A stretch of DNA of 64,000 bases from Eubacteriales bacterium. GTDB taxonomy: Bacteria; Bacillota; Clostridia; Oscillospirales; CAG-272. Both the position numbers and the translations under genes were made by a program. The stretch's first letter is position 1; every line of letters begins with the position of its first letter. The notes below the pieces were generated by a model. It was not told the origin of the DNA. It saw only the letters and a program-made list of their open reading frames with translations, and ran no database searches. Shown here one piece after another: positions 47,804 to 56,728 of the stretch. Where the stretch lies: assembly GCA_050309735.1 (NCBI GenBank), contig JBNRMS010000072.1, forward strand, positions 3,815 through 67,814, given 5' to 3'.

Positions 47804-48421
47804 CTAAAAGAAAAGCAACAACGCGAGAATCAGAAGAATATCGTTGTCGCTCTCGCTCTGCGAAAGGAGCAGAATAAGACCTATTATAAGAAGTTCTTCA
47901 AAACCAAAGTTTCCATCATCGCGGTGCCCGCCAATGCCGGGCGGCATGATGGAGGAAAATAGGCTTTTGAGAGGATTATTTTTTGTCGGTTCTTTGGGCG
48001 GGTGAGGAGACGTGGACTGTGCGGGGTCGACAGGCTCGGCCTTGTGAGACGGGGCGTGACCGGCACGGTCATCCTGTCGCGGGAGGGGACAGTATTCTGC
48101 CGGCCCATCATCGCCTGCCGCCCCTGCACTCTCAAAGTTGTTGCCATGGTGACTGCCCGACAAGCCCTCGCGATATTGCACGGGGGGCAGTGTCCTCCCA
48201 CCCTCATGCCTTCCTTCTTTTATAAAACCCGGACGAATCTGATGCCCCGGAATCGGATCTTTTATTATTTTCGGCGGCTCGGCCTCGGCAAGAGTGCCGG
48301 GGCGCTGCTTTGTTTCAGACGGCGCCTTTGGCTCGCCGCCGAGGAAAACTGTGCCGCCGTAATTTTCCGGCGGTTTTATGCGCCCGGATTGGTTTTTTGA
48401 ATTTTGATCTCTTATATACAT
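47804..48421 (-). CDS. Pro/Gly-rich low-complexity protein with C-terminal hydrophobic tail
   Basis: Start at ATG 48421. No catalytic motif. Tail LLIIGLILLLSQSESDNDILLILALLLFF. Confidence 0.55.
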   Translation of the reverse strand: MYIRDQNSKNQSGRIKPPENYGGTVFLGGEPKAPSETKQRPGTLAEAEPPKIIKDPIPGHQIRPGFIKEGRHEGGRTLPPVQYREGLSGSHHGNNFESAGAAGDDGPAEYCPLPRQDDRAGHAPSHKAEPVDPAQSTSPHPPKEPTKNNPLKSLFSSIMPPGIGGHRDDGNFGFEELLIIGLILLLSQSESDNDILLILALLLFF

Positions 48422-48452
48422 TAACCTACCAACCCCTTTCACAAGCTGTTTG

Positions 48453-48977
48453 TCAATTTATCGTTTTAAATATGTTGCCTAATTTTTCAAGCCTTATTAA
48501 GTAGTCGATCGCCTCGCGGCGCCGGCCGTTCAGATAGGGCTTAAGGGCAAGAATCAGGGCGTTCCGCTTGTCTATGCCATGCTTGTGGTGATGATGCCCG
48601 CCCGATATCAATACACCGGCAGCAAGATCGCCGCCCTCAGGCTTTGGTGACTTATTTTGTGGTTTGAAGGCCGAAAGTATGTCAGGCAGCATTGACATAA
48701 GCTCCTTATTAGCCAGCAGCGAGGAGATTTTTGATGAAACATCGGACATGTCTGCCTGATTTCCGGGATTTTCATCACTTGCCCCGCCACCGAAATTGTC
48801 TGAGGCGGGCGGGCTGCCCTCGGACACCTCTGTTGACGCGTCTGCGCTGCCCGCCCCCTCCCCCGATAGCTTCAAACCCGACAGAAGGCTTGCAGCCTTT
48901 GAGATCAGCTCGGGGTTTTTGAGCAGTTGTTCAATGAGATCACCCGCGCCGCCCTTGTTCTCATCTAAATCCGACAT
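48453..48977 (-). CDS. Hypothetical acidic/low-complexity protein
   Basis: ORF track. HHHH run and C-terminal block RNALILALKPYLNGRRREAIDYLIRLEKLGNIF. No family recognised. Confidence 0.6.
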   Translation of the reverse strand: MSDLDENKGGAGDLIEQLLKNPELISKAASLLSGLKLSGEGAGSADASTEVSEGSPPASDNFGGGASDENPGNQADMSDVSSKISSLLANKELMSMLPDILSAFKPQNKSPKPEGGDLAAGVLISGGHHHHKHGIDKRNALILALKPYLNGRRREAIDYLIRLEKLGNIFKTIN

Positions 48978-48978
48978 T

Positions 48979-49206
48979 TTATTTTTCTCCCTTTTTCGAG
49001 CGGCGCGAGAGCTGTTCGGTAGCTCGGGCTATATCCTCGTCTGTTGCGTTTGAGAGCGCACGGCGAATCGAGGCTATATCGTTTCCGCTTATGTTGAAAG
49101 CCGACAGGTCGAGCCCGGCCTCGACGGCAAGTTTATTGATTACGAATTTTAGCTGCGCGTCACTCATCCCGAGCAGGCGTTCAAGCGAATTTCTATCAAG
49201 CTGCAT
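48979..49206 (-). CDS. Hypothetical 75-aa protein
   Basis: ORF track. Its stop lies 1 nt before the next start (48977), suggesting an operon with the two genes below. Confidence 0.55.
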   Translation of the reverse strand: MQLDRNSLERLLGMSDAQLKFVINKLAVEAGLDLSAFNISGNDIASIRRALSNATDEDIARATEQLSRRSKKGEK

Positions 49207-49367
49207 ATTTATTCCTCCAAAAATAGATAGTTTCCGGCAGGGTGCCGGATAGAGTTGCTGTCACCGACAGTATATGAAAAACAATTCAAGCTTGACAAAA
49301 CTTTGCCGCAATGTAAGAATAATAATCTCCCCCGAGCGCAGCCTGCGCTAAAGTTGGCGGCGCGATA

Positions 49368-49396
49368 TAGACAAAAGAGCGATTATATGATATACT
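49368..49396 (+). promoter_or_regulatory. Promoter of the third motif copy / lipid-kinase gene
   Basis: TAGACA (49368-49373), 17 nt, TGaTATACT (-10 at 49391-49396). Same architecture as at 38761-38789. Confidence 0.5.
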
Positions 49397-49398
49397 AT

Positions 49399-49477
49399 GC
49401 ACGCCGGCAGCTTTTGAAAAAAGCTGCGATGTCGCAACGGCGAGAGAGCGCATGGGAGATATTCACTTGCGACTATG
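49399..49477 (+). ncRNA. Third copy of the unclassified structured element
   Basis: GCACGCCGGCAG-GCAGCTTTT/GAA/AAAAGCTGC hairpin-GATGTCGCAACGGCGAG..GCGCATGGGAGATATTCACTTGCGACTATG. Near-identical to the 38.6-kb units except for compensatory changes in the hairpin. Confidence 0.55.
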
Positions 49478-49547
49478 TGTGCCGCCAAAGAGCGGGGCAG
49501 GAATTTTAAAATTTATTGGCGCCGCCCTGTGCGGCGTGAGGACTTAA

Positions 49548-50531
49548 ATGAAGCACTATTTTTTGCTGAATCCCGCGGCGGGCAAGGGAAAAAGTTGCGG
49601 CCGGCTTGAGGCCGATATTAAAGCCCTCTTTGGCGAGCGAGGGCTCGGGGTTGTGATTTATTACACCGCCGGGGTTGGAGACGCCGAGAGATATGTCGGG
49701 CAGATTTGCGACAAGGAGGTCGGCGAATGCCGTTTTTATGCCTGCGGCGGCGACGGAACGCTTGGCGAAGTGATAAACGGCGCCGTAGGCTTTTCTCATG
49801 CGTCAGTCGGGGTTATTCCGATTGGAACGGGAAACGACTTTGTCCGCAACTTTACGCACTCGGATAATTTTCTGAGCCTTGAGGCTCAATTAGAGGGAAG
49901 CACTGTTGCCCTTGACCTCATAAAATATAACGGTCGCTATTCGGCCGTTACCCTCAACGCCGGATTTGATGCCGAGGTTGTTAAAATCGTGGCTCGAATC
50001 AAGCGAAACCCCGCCGTTCCGGGCAAGCTTGCCTATGTCCTCGGCGCGCTCTGGCAGCTTATCCGAAAGCCGGGGGTGAAAATCAAGGTTTCTATCGACG
50101 GCGCGCCCGCCGAAGAGCGCAATCTCCTCCTTACCTGCATCGGAAACAGCGCATATTGCGGCGGCGGCTTCAATTCGGGCCCCTGCGCCAGCCCTGCCGA
50201 CGGGCTTATAGACGTCTGTTTCATCAAAAACGTCTCAAGACTCAAGTTTTTATCGCTGCTCGGCTCATATAAAAACGGGAAATATCTCTCGCGCAAGGGT
50301 ATAGACAAAATCGTTGAATACATAAAATGCGAAAAGCTCGATATCTCCTTCCCCGAGCCAAGAGTTGTGAGTGTAGACGGCGAGTTGCGCGAGCTTGACA
50401 TGCTCACGCTCGAATTGGCGCCCGGAGCGCTGCGCTTCTGCCTGCCTGCCGGTTGCGAGGTCATCACGCCTTCCGATATTCCCGCCTGCGCCAAAGTGAA
50501 GACTCGCGCCAGCGGGGCAACGGTTGGATAG
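49548..50531 (+). CDS. Diacylglycerol-kinase-family lipid kinase (YegS/BmrU/DagK type)
   Basis: FYACGGDGTLGEVING, the DAGK catalytic-domain signature. 327 aa. Confidence 0.85.
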   Translation: MKHYFLLNPAAGKGKSCGRLEADIKALFGERGLGVVIYYTAGVGDAERYVGQICDKEVGECRFYACGGDGTLGEVINGAVGFSHASVGVIPIGTGNDFVRNFTHSDNFLSLEAQLEGSTVALDLIKYNGRYSAVTLNAGFDAEVVKIVARIKRNPAVPGKLAYVLGALWQLIRKPGVKIKVSIDGAPAEERNLLLTCIGNSAYCGGGFNSGPCASPADGLIDVCFIKNVSRLKFLSLLGSYKNGKYLSRKGIDKIVEYIKCEKLDISFPEPRVVSVDGELRELDMLTLELAPGALRFCLPAGCEVITPSDIPACAKVKTRASGATVG

Positions 50532-50559
50532 CACCCCAAAAGAACGAACAATAAAAAAA

Positions 50560-50628
50560 GGGGGGCTACCCCCATAAAAATCGGGGGGAACCTCCCATAA
50601 AAGTCGGGGGAACCTCCCATAAAAGAAG
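50560..50628. repeat. Three tandem 23-bp G5/C5 mini-hairpin repeats between convergent genes
   Basis: GGGGGGCTACCCCCATAAAAATC / GGGGGGAACCTCCCATAAAAGTC / GGGGGAACCTCCCATAAAAGAA. Read on the minus strand, the first unit is GGGGGTAGCCCCCC plus T7, a plausible spoVG terminator. Confidence 0.7.
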
Positions 50629-50650
50629 TTCCCCACACCCGTGTATTTCT

Positions 50651-50986
50651 TTAGCCTGCGGGCGACGCATCGGGAAGATCGCCGCTCTCGACCTCCGCTC
50701 CGGCTTCTGCCTCTGCCTCCTCGGCGGCTGCCTGAAGCTCATTTTGATACGCCTCTATTACGGCCAGCTCGAGAGTGGCCCGAAACTGAGCGTTTATCGG
50801 ATGTACTATGTCTCGATAGGTATCATCTGGATTTTTGCGGCTGGGCATAACTATAAAGAATTTATCACGGGCGTTGATAACCTTTATGTCATGGACAGCA
50901 AGTTGACCGTCAAAGGTCACCGACACTATGGCCTTCATCGGGCCATCGTCGAATAGCTTTCTTACTTTAATATCCGTGATTTGCAT
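50651..50986 (-). CDS. spoVG: Septation protein SpoVG
   Basis: MQITDIKVRKLFDDGPMKAIVSVTFDGQLAVHDIKVI...FIVMPSRK is near-canonical SpoVG. Confidence 0.95.
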   Translation of the reverse strand: MQITDIKVRKLFDDGPMKAIVSVTFDGQLAVHDIKVINARDKFFIVMPSRKNPDDTYRDIVHPINAQFRATLELAVIEAYQNELQAAAEEAEAEAGAEVESGDLPDASPAG

Positions 50987-51261
50987 TGCTTACCTCCTGC
51001 CGAATTTACGGCTTATGATTTTACTTCCGCGAGATGTCCCGCTAAGGTTTATCTGCCGCGTCCGCCGCGGGATTCGGAGCGCGACCAAACATTGTATAAG
51101 TAACCAATCTACGATTAATAGTATAGAATGCCATTGTGATGGTTATTCAATGATTAGAGAATTTTTATGTGAAAATTTCGCCCCGGGCATTATTTGCGGG
51201 GCGGATAGTATCAAGCGGCGCATAAAATCCGGCGCCGCGTGTCGAAAGGAATAAATGTTAT

Positions 51262-52683
51262 ATGCTTACCGAGAACACACACTTCGGTTCCGCCAAAATC
51301 GGCGAATGGATGAAAAGCTGCCGCGCCGTTTTTTTTATCGGGATTGGAGGAATAAATATGTCCTCCCTCGCACATTTGACCCACCTTGCGGGATACCGCA
51401 CCGGAGGATCAGATAGGGCCGAAAGCAAACTAACCCGCCGCCTTGAGAGCGAGGGGATAGATGTGAAGTACACACACGACGCCGAGAACATAAAGGGATA
51501 TGATGTAGCGGTCTATACCGTTGCAATATCAAAAGATAACCCCGAATACAGAGCGGCGCAGGAGGCGGGCATCCCGCTTATCTCAAGAGCCGACTATATG
51601 GGATATCTTATGACCGGATACAAAAACCGCGTCGGCATTGCGGGAATGCACGGCAAGAGCAGTTGCACCTCGATGTGCGCCCAGATTTTCATCGGCGCCG
51701 GAGCAGACCCCACAGTACTCTCGGGAGCTGAGCTTCCCAGTATGAGGGGAGCCTTCCGGGTAGGCGGCAAGGAGCATTTTTTATTCGAGGCTGACGAGTA
51801 CAGGGATTCCTTCCTAAATTTTGAACCCACCATCGCAGTTGTACTCAATATCGAACCCGAACACCTTGATTATTTCTCTGGCATAGGACAGATTAAGGAT
51901 TCCTTCGTTTCCTTCGTCCATATTGCCTCGCCCGGTGGCTATATGGTCGCCAATGCAGACGACCCAAATGTGCTCGAAGTGGCCGAGCGTTCACAAATGG
52001 GAGACCGGGTGATAACCTTCGGAATACGCAATCCCGCCGCAACCTTCAAAGCGATAAATATCGCGGGCGAGGGGGGATGCTATGGCTTTGATATAGTAAA
52101 GTCCGATGAATTTTTCTGCCATGTTAATCTCTCAGCTCCGGGAATGCACAATGTTATGAATGCGCTCGCCGCGGCGGCTGCATCCTATCTTTGCGGAATT
52201 CCTGCCCCGAGAATCGAGAAAGGACTTGAGGAATTTCAAGGAGCGAGGAGAAGGCTCGAATTTGTAGGGGAAATAGGCGGAGCTTCGGTTTACAGCGACT
52301 ATGCGCACCACCCGACCGAAATCCGAACAACCCTTGAGGCGCTCTCTGATATGGGAGACGGTGAGGTGGTCTGCGTCTTTCAGCCCCACACATACAGCCG
52401 GCTCTCAGCCTTCTTTGAAGGCTTCGCCGAATCCTTCGACCTCGCCGCACGGGTGGTTGTTGCCGAAGTTTATTCTGCGCGCGGGCAAGAGGACTCTCTC
52501 GTCAACTCGAAAAAGCTAGCTATTTCAATAGGCGAAAAGGCCGAATATATCGACTCCTTTGATAAAATCGCCGAATTTGTCACCCAGCATACTTACCCCG
52601 GCGACAGACTTGTGATTATGGGAGCTGGCGACATAGAAAAGCTCATTCCCCTGCTCGGAATTGAAAAGCCCGGGCAGAATTAA
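51262..52683 (+). CDS. murC: UDP-N-acetylmuramate--L-alanine ligase
   Basis: FFIGIGGINMSSLA, GMHGKSSCTSM P-loop, Mur ligase middle and C-terminal domains. An alternative start is ATG 51310. Confidence 0.92.
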   Translation: MLTENTHFGSAKIGEWMKSCRAVFFIGIGGINMSSLAHLTHLAGYRTGGSDRAESKLTRRLESEGIDVKYTHDAENIKGYDVAVYTVAISKDNPEYRAAQEAGIPLISRADYMGYLMTGYKNRVGIAGMHGKSSCTSMCAQIFIGAGADPTVLSGAELPSMRGAFRVGGKEHFLFEADEYRDSFLNFEPTIAVVLNIEPEHLDYFSGIGQIKDSFVSFVHIASPGGYMVANADDPNVLEVAERSQMGDRVITFGIRNPAATFKAINIAGEGGCYGFDIVKSDEFFCHVNLSAPGMHNVMNALAAAAASYLCGIPAPRIEKGLEEFQGARRRLEFVGEIGGASVYSDYAHHPTEIRTTLEALSDMGDGEVVCVFQPHTYSRLSAFFEGFAESFDLAARVVVAEVYSARGQEDSLVNSKKLAISIGEKAEYIDSFDKIAEFVTQHTYPGDRLVIMGAGDIEKLIPLLGIEKPGQN

Positions 52684-52776
52684 TGAAAAATCCAAAAAGC
52701 ACTTTACTTTATTGTAAAAAGATATTAGAATAGGATTATGAAAATATAAGATTTACACATAGGAGAGGAGCGTATC

Positions 52777-53070
52777 ATGAAAAGCAAAATAAGAGACGAG
52801 AAGCTTGATTATCTGTTCCGCGGAATACTCACACTTGAAAACCTTGAGGAGTGCTACAACTTTTTTGAGGATCTCTGCACCGTTTCGGAGCTTCAGGAAA
52901 TGTCGCGCCGGATGCACGCGGCAAAAATGCTAAACGATAATTATATATATTCCGAGATAGCCGAACAGACCGGACTCAGCACGGCAACGATAAGCCGCGT
53001 CAACCGCTGCCTTAAGTATGGGAGCGACGGATATGTCAGCGTTCTCGGAAAGCTTGACAAGCGCAGATGA
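52777..53070 (+). CDS. yerC: YerC/YecD-family TrpR-like protein
   Basis: LENLEECYNFFEDLCTVSELQEMSRRMHAAKML...GLSTATISRVNRCLKYGSDGY. Confidence 0.8.
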   Translation: MKSKIRDEKLDYLFRGILTLENLEECYNFFEDLCTVSELQEMSRRMHAAKMLNDNYIYSEIAEQTGLSTATISRVNRCLKYGSDGYVSVLGKLDKRR

Positions 53071-53873
53071 GTGCGAGGGCAACAGGCATCTCCTCATACG
53101 GCCCGCTGGCGCGGGTTTATGATCGCTTGAATTCGGATATTAATTATGCGGCATGGGCTGATTTTATAGAATCTTGTTTTGCGAGATTTGCCGGGCAAAA
53201 ACCCGAAATTGTTCTTGACCTTTGCTGCGGCACCGGGAAAATGACCTTTGAGCTTGCCGCACGAGGATACGATATGATAGGCGTCGATAATAGCGCCGAC
53301 ATGCTCTGCGAGGCAGTCAAAAGAAGGGTTAGCGCTGAAAATCCGCTTTTTATAATGCAGGATATGCGGGATTTTGAGCTATACGGCAGTGTGGGCGCGG
53401 TAATCTCCTGCCTTGATAGCATAAATTATCTTGTAGACGACGGCGACCTTGAGCGCTGCTTTCTTAACATCGCTAATTATCTTGACCCGGGCGGAGTGTT
53501 TATCTTTGATATCAACACTCCGTATAAATTCGAGCGTATTTATTCGGATAATGCCTATATACTTGAAGATGAGGGCGGGCGGATTTTCTGCGGCTGGCAG
53601 AATTATTATGATGATAAAAGCCGAATATGCGACTTTTATCTAACGATTTTTGAGGAAATCCCCGACGGGAAAAGCTATTCGCGCTCGGACGAGCACCAGC
53701 GCCAGAGATGTTACACGCTCGCCCAGGTGCTCGATGCGCTTGCCGCCGCCCGTCTTGAGTTTTGCTCTGCCTTTGGAGATTTTCTTTTTGGCGAGGCGGG
53801 CGAGGAGTGCGAGAGATGGTTTTTGGTTGCGAGGAAAGAGGCAGTGTCGGCAAGTAATAAAAACGGGAGCTGA
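53067..53873 (+). CDS. Class I SAM-dependent methyltransferase
   Basis: Motif I VLDLCCGTGKMT, then GYDMIGVDNSADML. 4-nt overlap with yerC. Confidence 0.8.
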   Translation: MSARATGISSYGPLARVYDRLNSDINYAAWADFIESCFARFAGQKPEIVLDLCCGTGKMTFELAARGYDMIGVDNSADMLCEAVKRRVSAENPLFIMQDMRDFELYGSVGAVISCLDSINYLVDDGDLERCFLNIANYLDPGGVFIFDINTPYKFERIYSDNAYILEDEGGRIFCGWQNYYDDKSRICDFYLTIFEEIPDGKSYSRSDEHQRQRCYTLAQVLDALAAARLEFCSAFGDFLFGEAGEECERWFLVARKEAVSASNKNGS

Positions 53874-53882
53874 GAATGAAGA

Positions 53883-54803
53883 ATGAACTATATAGGTGAG
53901 AATTTCAGGCGCATTCGCGAGCAGCAAGGAATGTCGATTGAGAAGGTGGCAAGAATGCTCGACGTAAAAGTCGAGCTGATAGAGAGGTGGGAGGCGGGAA
54001 AAGAGATTCCCGATGCCGACAACTTAGCGCTTGCCGCGCGGCTTTTCGGGATCTCTGAAAATGAACTAAGAGGAAAAACTGACGAGGGCGGCGGGTCTGG
54101 CAGTGATAATTCATCTGCGAGCACACAAGAGCCGTCGGACAAAACTACCCGATTCGATACCGCAGAAGACATGGGAGCCCCCGGCAAAGGAGCGTCAGAT
54201 GGCGCACAGTCCTCCTTCAATGCTCGAGCATCATCAAGTGGTCGCAGGCAAAACTTCAATGAAACACCGCTTCTCCGCTATTTGGCGGCTGATGAAAAGC
54301 TGCTTTGGTCGGGTCAGCCGACAGACGAGCACATCAGCGTCTTCGGCGGCTTTCAATCTGTGTTCGGACTTTTCTTTGTCGGGTTTGCCGTGTTTTGGAT
54401 GGTGATGGTAACAAGAATTGCCGCATTTATGAGCATTTTTGCCCTGCCTTTTATTATGATAGGTATGTATATTGTCGCTGGGAAGTCTATCATTCTTAAC
54501 AATAATAAGAAGAATATATATTATGCCGTCACAAATCAGAGGGTCATGATGATGATATCGGGCCGGTATAACCGCTTTCGCGATATCAGATACAGCCGAA
54601 TAAGCGAGGTCAAGCTTGTGCTGAGCCGCAGGCAGACAGGCTGCGGAACCATTATTTTCACCTCGCCGAATCTAATCCCCGAATATCCATACGGCAGATA
54701 CTGGGACAGAAGGTCGAACAACAACAGCCTGCTCGACTCTTTTATCGACATCGCCGATGCAGAACGCGTATATAATCTAATAAACAAATCAAGGGCCCTC
54801 TGA
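53883..54803 (+). CDS. XRE-family HTH membrane protein with C-terminal PH-like (YdbS/bPH-type) region
   Basis: N-terminal HTH IGENFRRIREQQGMSIEKVARMLDVKVELIERWEAGKEIP, a low-complexity linker, two TM segments, and a C-terminal region whose PH-like assignment is a tentative impression from the sequence, not a motif match. Confidence 0.7.
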   Translation: MNYIGENFRRIREQQGMSIEKVARMLDVKVELIERWEAGKEIPDADNLALAARLFGISENELRGKTDEGGGSGSDNSSASTQEPSDKTTRFDTAEDMGAPGKGASDGAQSSFNARASSSGRRQNFNETPLLRYLAADEKLLWSGQPTDEHISVFGGFQSVFGLFFVGFAVFWMVMVTRIAAFMSIFALPFIMIGMYIVAGKSIILNNNKKNIYYAVTNQRVMMMISGRYNRFRDIRYSRISEVKLVLSRRQTGCGTIIFTSPNLIPEYPYGRYWDRRSNNNSLLDSFIDIADAERVYNLINKSRAL

Positions 54804-54883
54804 TTTAGTAAATCTTTTTTATAAAAAATAAGAGTACGCCGGGTTAACTTCACGAAAAGTTAACCCGGCGTGTTTATTATTTA

Positions 54884-56728
54884 TCAGCTTCCCTTGCTGA
54901 CCTCAATCAGAATAACTTCATCAGTCTTAATATATTCATTGTTCTTTGAGGATGAGACTACATTCCCTTTCGGCTCGGCTGAATCTACATAGGTTATCTC
55001 GTATGTGACCGACGCGCCCATTTTTGTGTATTCATAGAATATCGCGGGCAAATCGGCCTCGCTCCTGCCTATAAGATTTTCCATATAGGGCCGGCCGGCC
55101 GAATAAACAATCGTCACACTGTTATCGGCCGATGTGATAAGCGAGCCTGCGCGAGCTGACTGCGAGATAAGGCTGCCATACGGAACGCTGTCGCTATAAC
55201 GTGTAATAATTGTCAGATCAATGTCGGGATTGAGCATATATGCGTTCTCTCTCAGAACCTTTGAATAGTCGGGAACCTCGATAAATTTAATCGGGTCGCT
55301 CGGCGGGACAGGTGCGGTTCCAAGACCGTTGCTAACCTTCAGTTCAATATGCGTCTTGAGCTCTACCGCCTCAAGATTATGCGTGGCACCAATAATTGTT
55401 CCCTTTGGCTCGATTGCATTAACATAGAGAATTGAGTATGAAAGCGAGGCGCCCTTGCGGTTGATTTCATAGAAATACTCTGGGAGCGAGGATTCTCTCA
55501 TGCCGATAAAATCGGTGAGATATGGCTTTCCTATCGAGTAGATAAGAGTTATCTCGTTGCTCGACTTATTAACAATCGTTCCGGCCGGCAGCGACTGCGA
55601 AACAAGCCCGCCGTACGGCACTGTCATGCTATATAAAAGCTTGACTATAACATTGAACTCCGCAGCATGCGACATGGCGTCCTCTTTATAGACATTCACA
55701 AAGCTCGGCACAACAAGTCCCGGGCCTTCCGAGATAACAAACTCGATTGTCGAGCCGGGCTCAAGCTGGGTGTTTTCGGGAACGCTCTGGGAGATTACCC
55801 GGTCTGCCCCGATGCTTTCGTGCATAACCACGGTATAGACCGCCTTCATGCCGTTATTGGTACACCAGGAATCGACCTCGCTCCTGAGCAAACCGACAAA
55901 GTTTTTAACAGTGCGGGTGTTGTATGAATCGAGCGGTCCTCTTGACACATAAACTACCAGAGAGTCGCCCCGCTTGAAGTTCTGCTCGTCCACCGTAACG
56001 CTTGAGAAAAGATAGCGCGTAACATCACCCTTTGCAACATCGCTGCTGTATTCCTCATATATATTAACATTCGGCAGCTTGTTGTCCTCCATCCATGCGC
56101 GAATGGAAGAGGCCTTCATGCTCATCAGATCGGGAATGCTTATGCGCTCGCTCGGATCGGCACCAAGACTGTATGTCACCTCGATTGTGCTTTTCGGGGA
56201 GAGCTTTGTTCCGCCCGGTTCTGATTGGCTTATTACATAATTGGCTCCGATCTCCATGCTGTATATCGGGTTTTCGGTCAGATAAAGATTGTTGTCGATG
56301 CACCACTTTCTCATCTCTGCAATAGTTTTTCCGGTGAATTCGGGGAGGGTTATCATTGTGAAATAGCGGAAGGCTACAACGCCGGCGGCGATTAGCAGGG
56401 CTATGACGAGCAGGGTTGCCACAAGGCGCAAAAAGCGCTTTGTGCCATAGTTGCGATCGATTTCGACATCGTGCTCCGTGTTGCGAAGTCCGCCCCGCGG
56501 CTCATGAGACTCATGTGCCTCTGCCCGCGCGGGCTGGTATGAAGGGGCGGTATTCGCCGGTGCGGCTGCGCGCGCAGGGGTTTCTGTTTTTGGCCGAGCG
56601 TTATTGGGTTTCTCGGGCTTCGGACTCTCGGCCGTTTTTTCAGGCTCGCTCTTATCGACCTCAACCTTTGGAGTTGAGAGAGAGCCGGCGGCGGCCTGCT
56701 GATTTAGTTTATCAAGAAAGCTCGACAT
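54884..56728 (-). CDS. Membrane-anchored multi-PASTA-domain protein (no kinase or PBP domain)
   Basis: Disordered N-terminus, one TM (LVATLLVIALLIAAGVVAF), then about 7 PASTA-like repeats (e.g. LPEFTGKTIAEMRKWCIDNNL...VISQSEPGGTKLSPKSTIEVTYS). The start overlaps the upstream ATPase gene by 17 nt. Confidence 0.75.
   Translation of the reverse strand: MSSFLDKLNQQAAAGSLSTPKVEVDKSEPEKTAESPKPEKPNNARPKTETPARAAAPANTAPSYQPARAEAHESHEPRGGLRNTEHDVEIDRNYGTKRFLRLVATLLVIALLIAAGVVAFRYFTMITLPEFTGKTIAEMRKWCIDNNLYLTENPIYSMEIGANYVISQSEPGGTKLSPKSTIEVTYSLGADPSERISIPDLMSMKASSIRAWMEDNKLPNVNIYEEYSSDVAKGDVTRYLFSSVTVDEQNFKRGDSLVVYVSRGPLDSYNTRTVKNFVGLLRSEVDSWCTNNGMKAVYTVVMHESIGADRVISQSVPENTQLEPGSTIEFVISEGPGLVVPSFVNVYKEDAMSHAAEFNVIVKLLYSMTVPYGGLVSQSLPAGTIVNKSSNEITLIYSIGKPYLTDFIGMRESSLPEYFYEINRKGASLSYSILYVNAIEPKGTIIGATHNLEAVELKTHIELKVSNGLGTAPVPPSDPIKFIEVPDYSKVLRENAYMLNPDIDLTIITRYSDSVPYGSLISQSARAGSLITSADNSVTIVYSAGRPYMENLIGRSEADLPAIFYEYTKMGASVTYEITYVDSAEPKGNVVSSSKNNEYIKTDEVILIEVSKGS

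Noticed and set aside
50033-50638. Minus-strand ORFs of 201 and 123 aa with repetitive GGSP/FYG peptides
   Set aside because: Their 5' ends are translations of the 23-bp tandem repeats. The rest is antisense to the lipid kinase gene.
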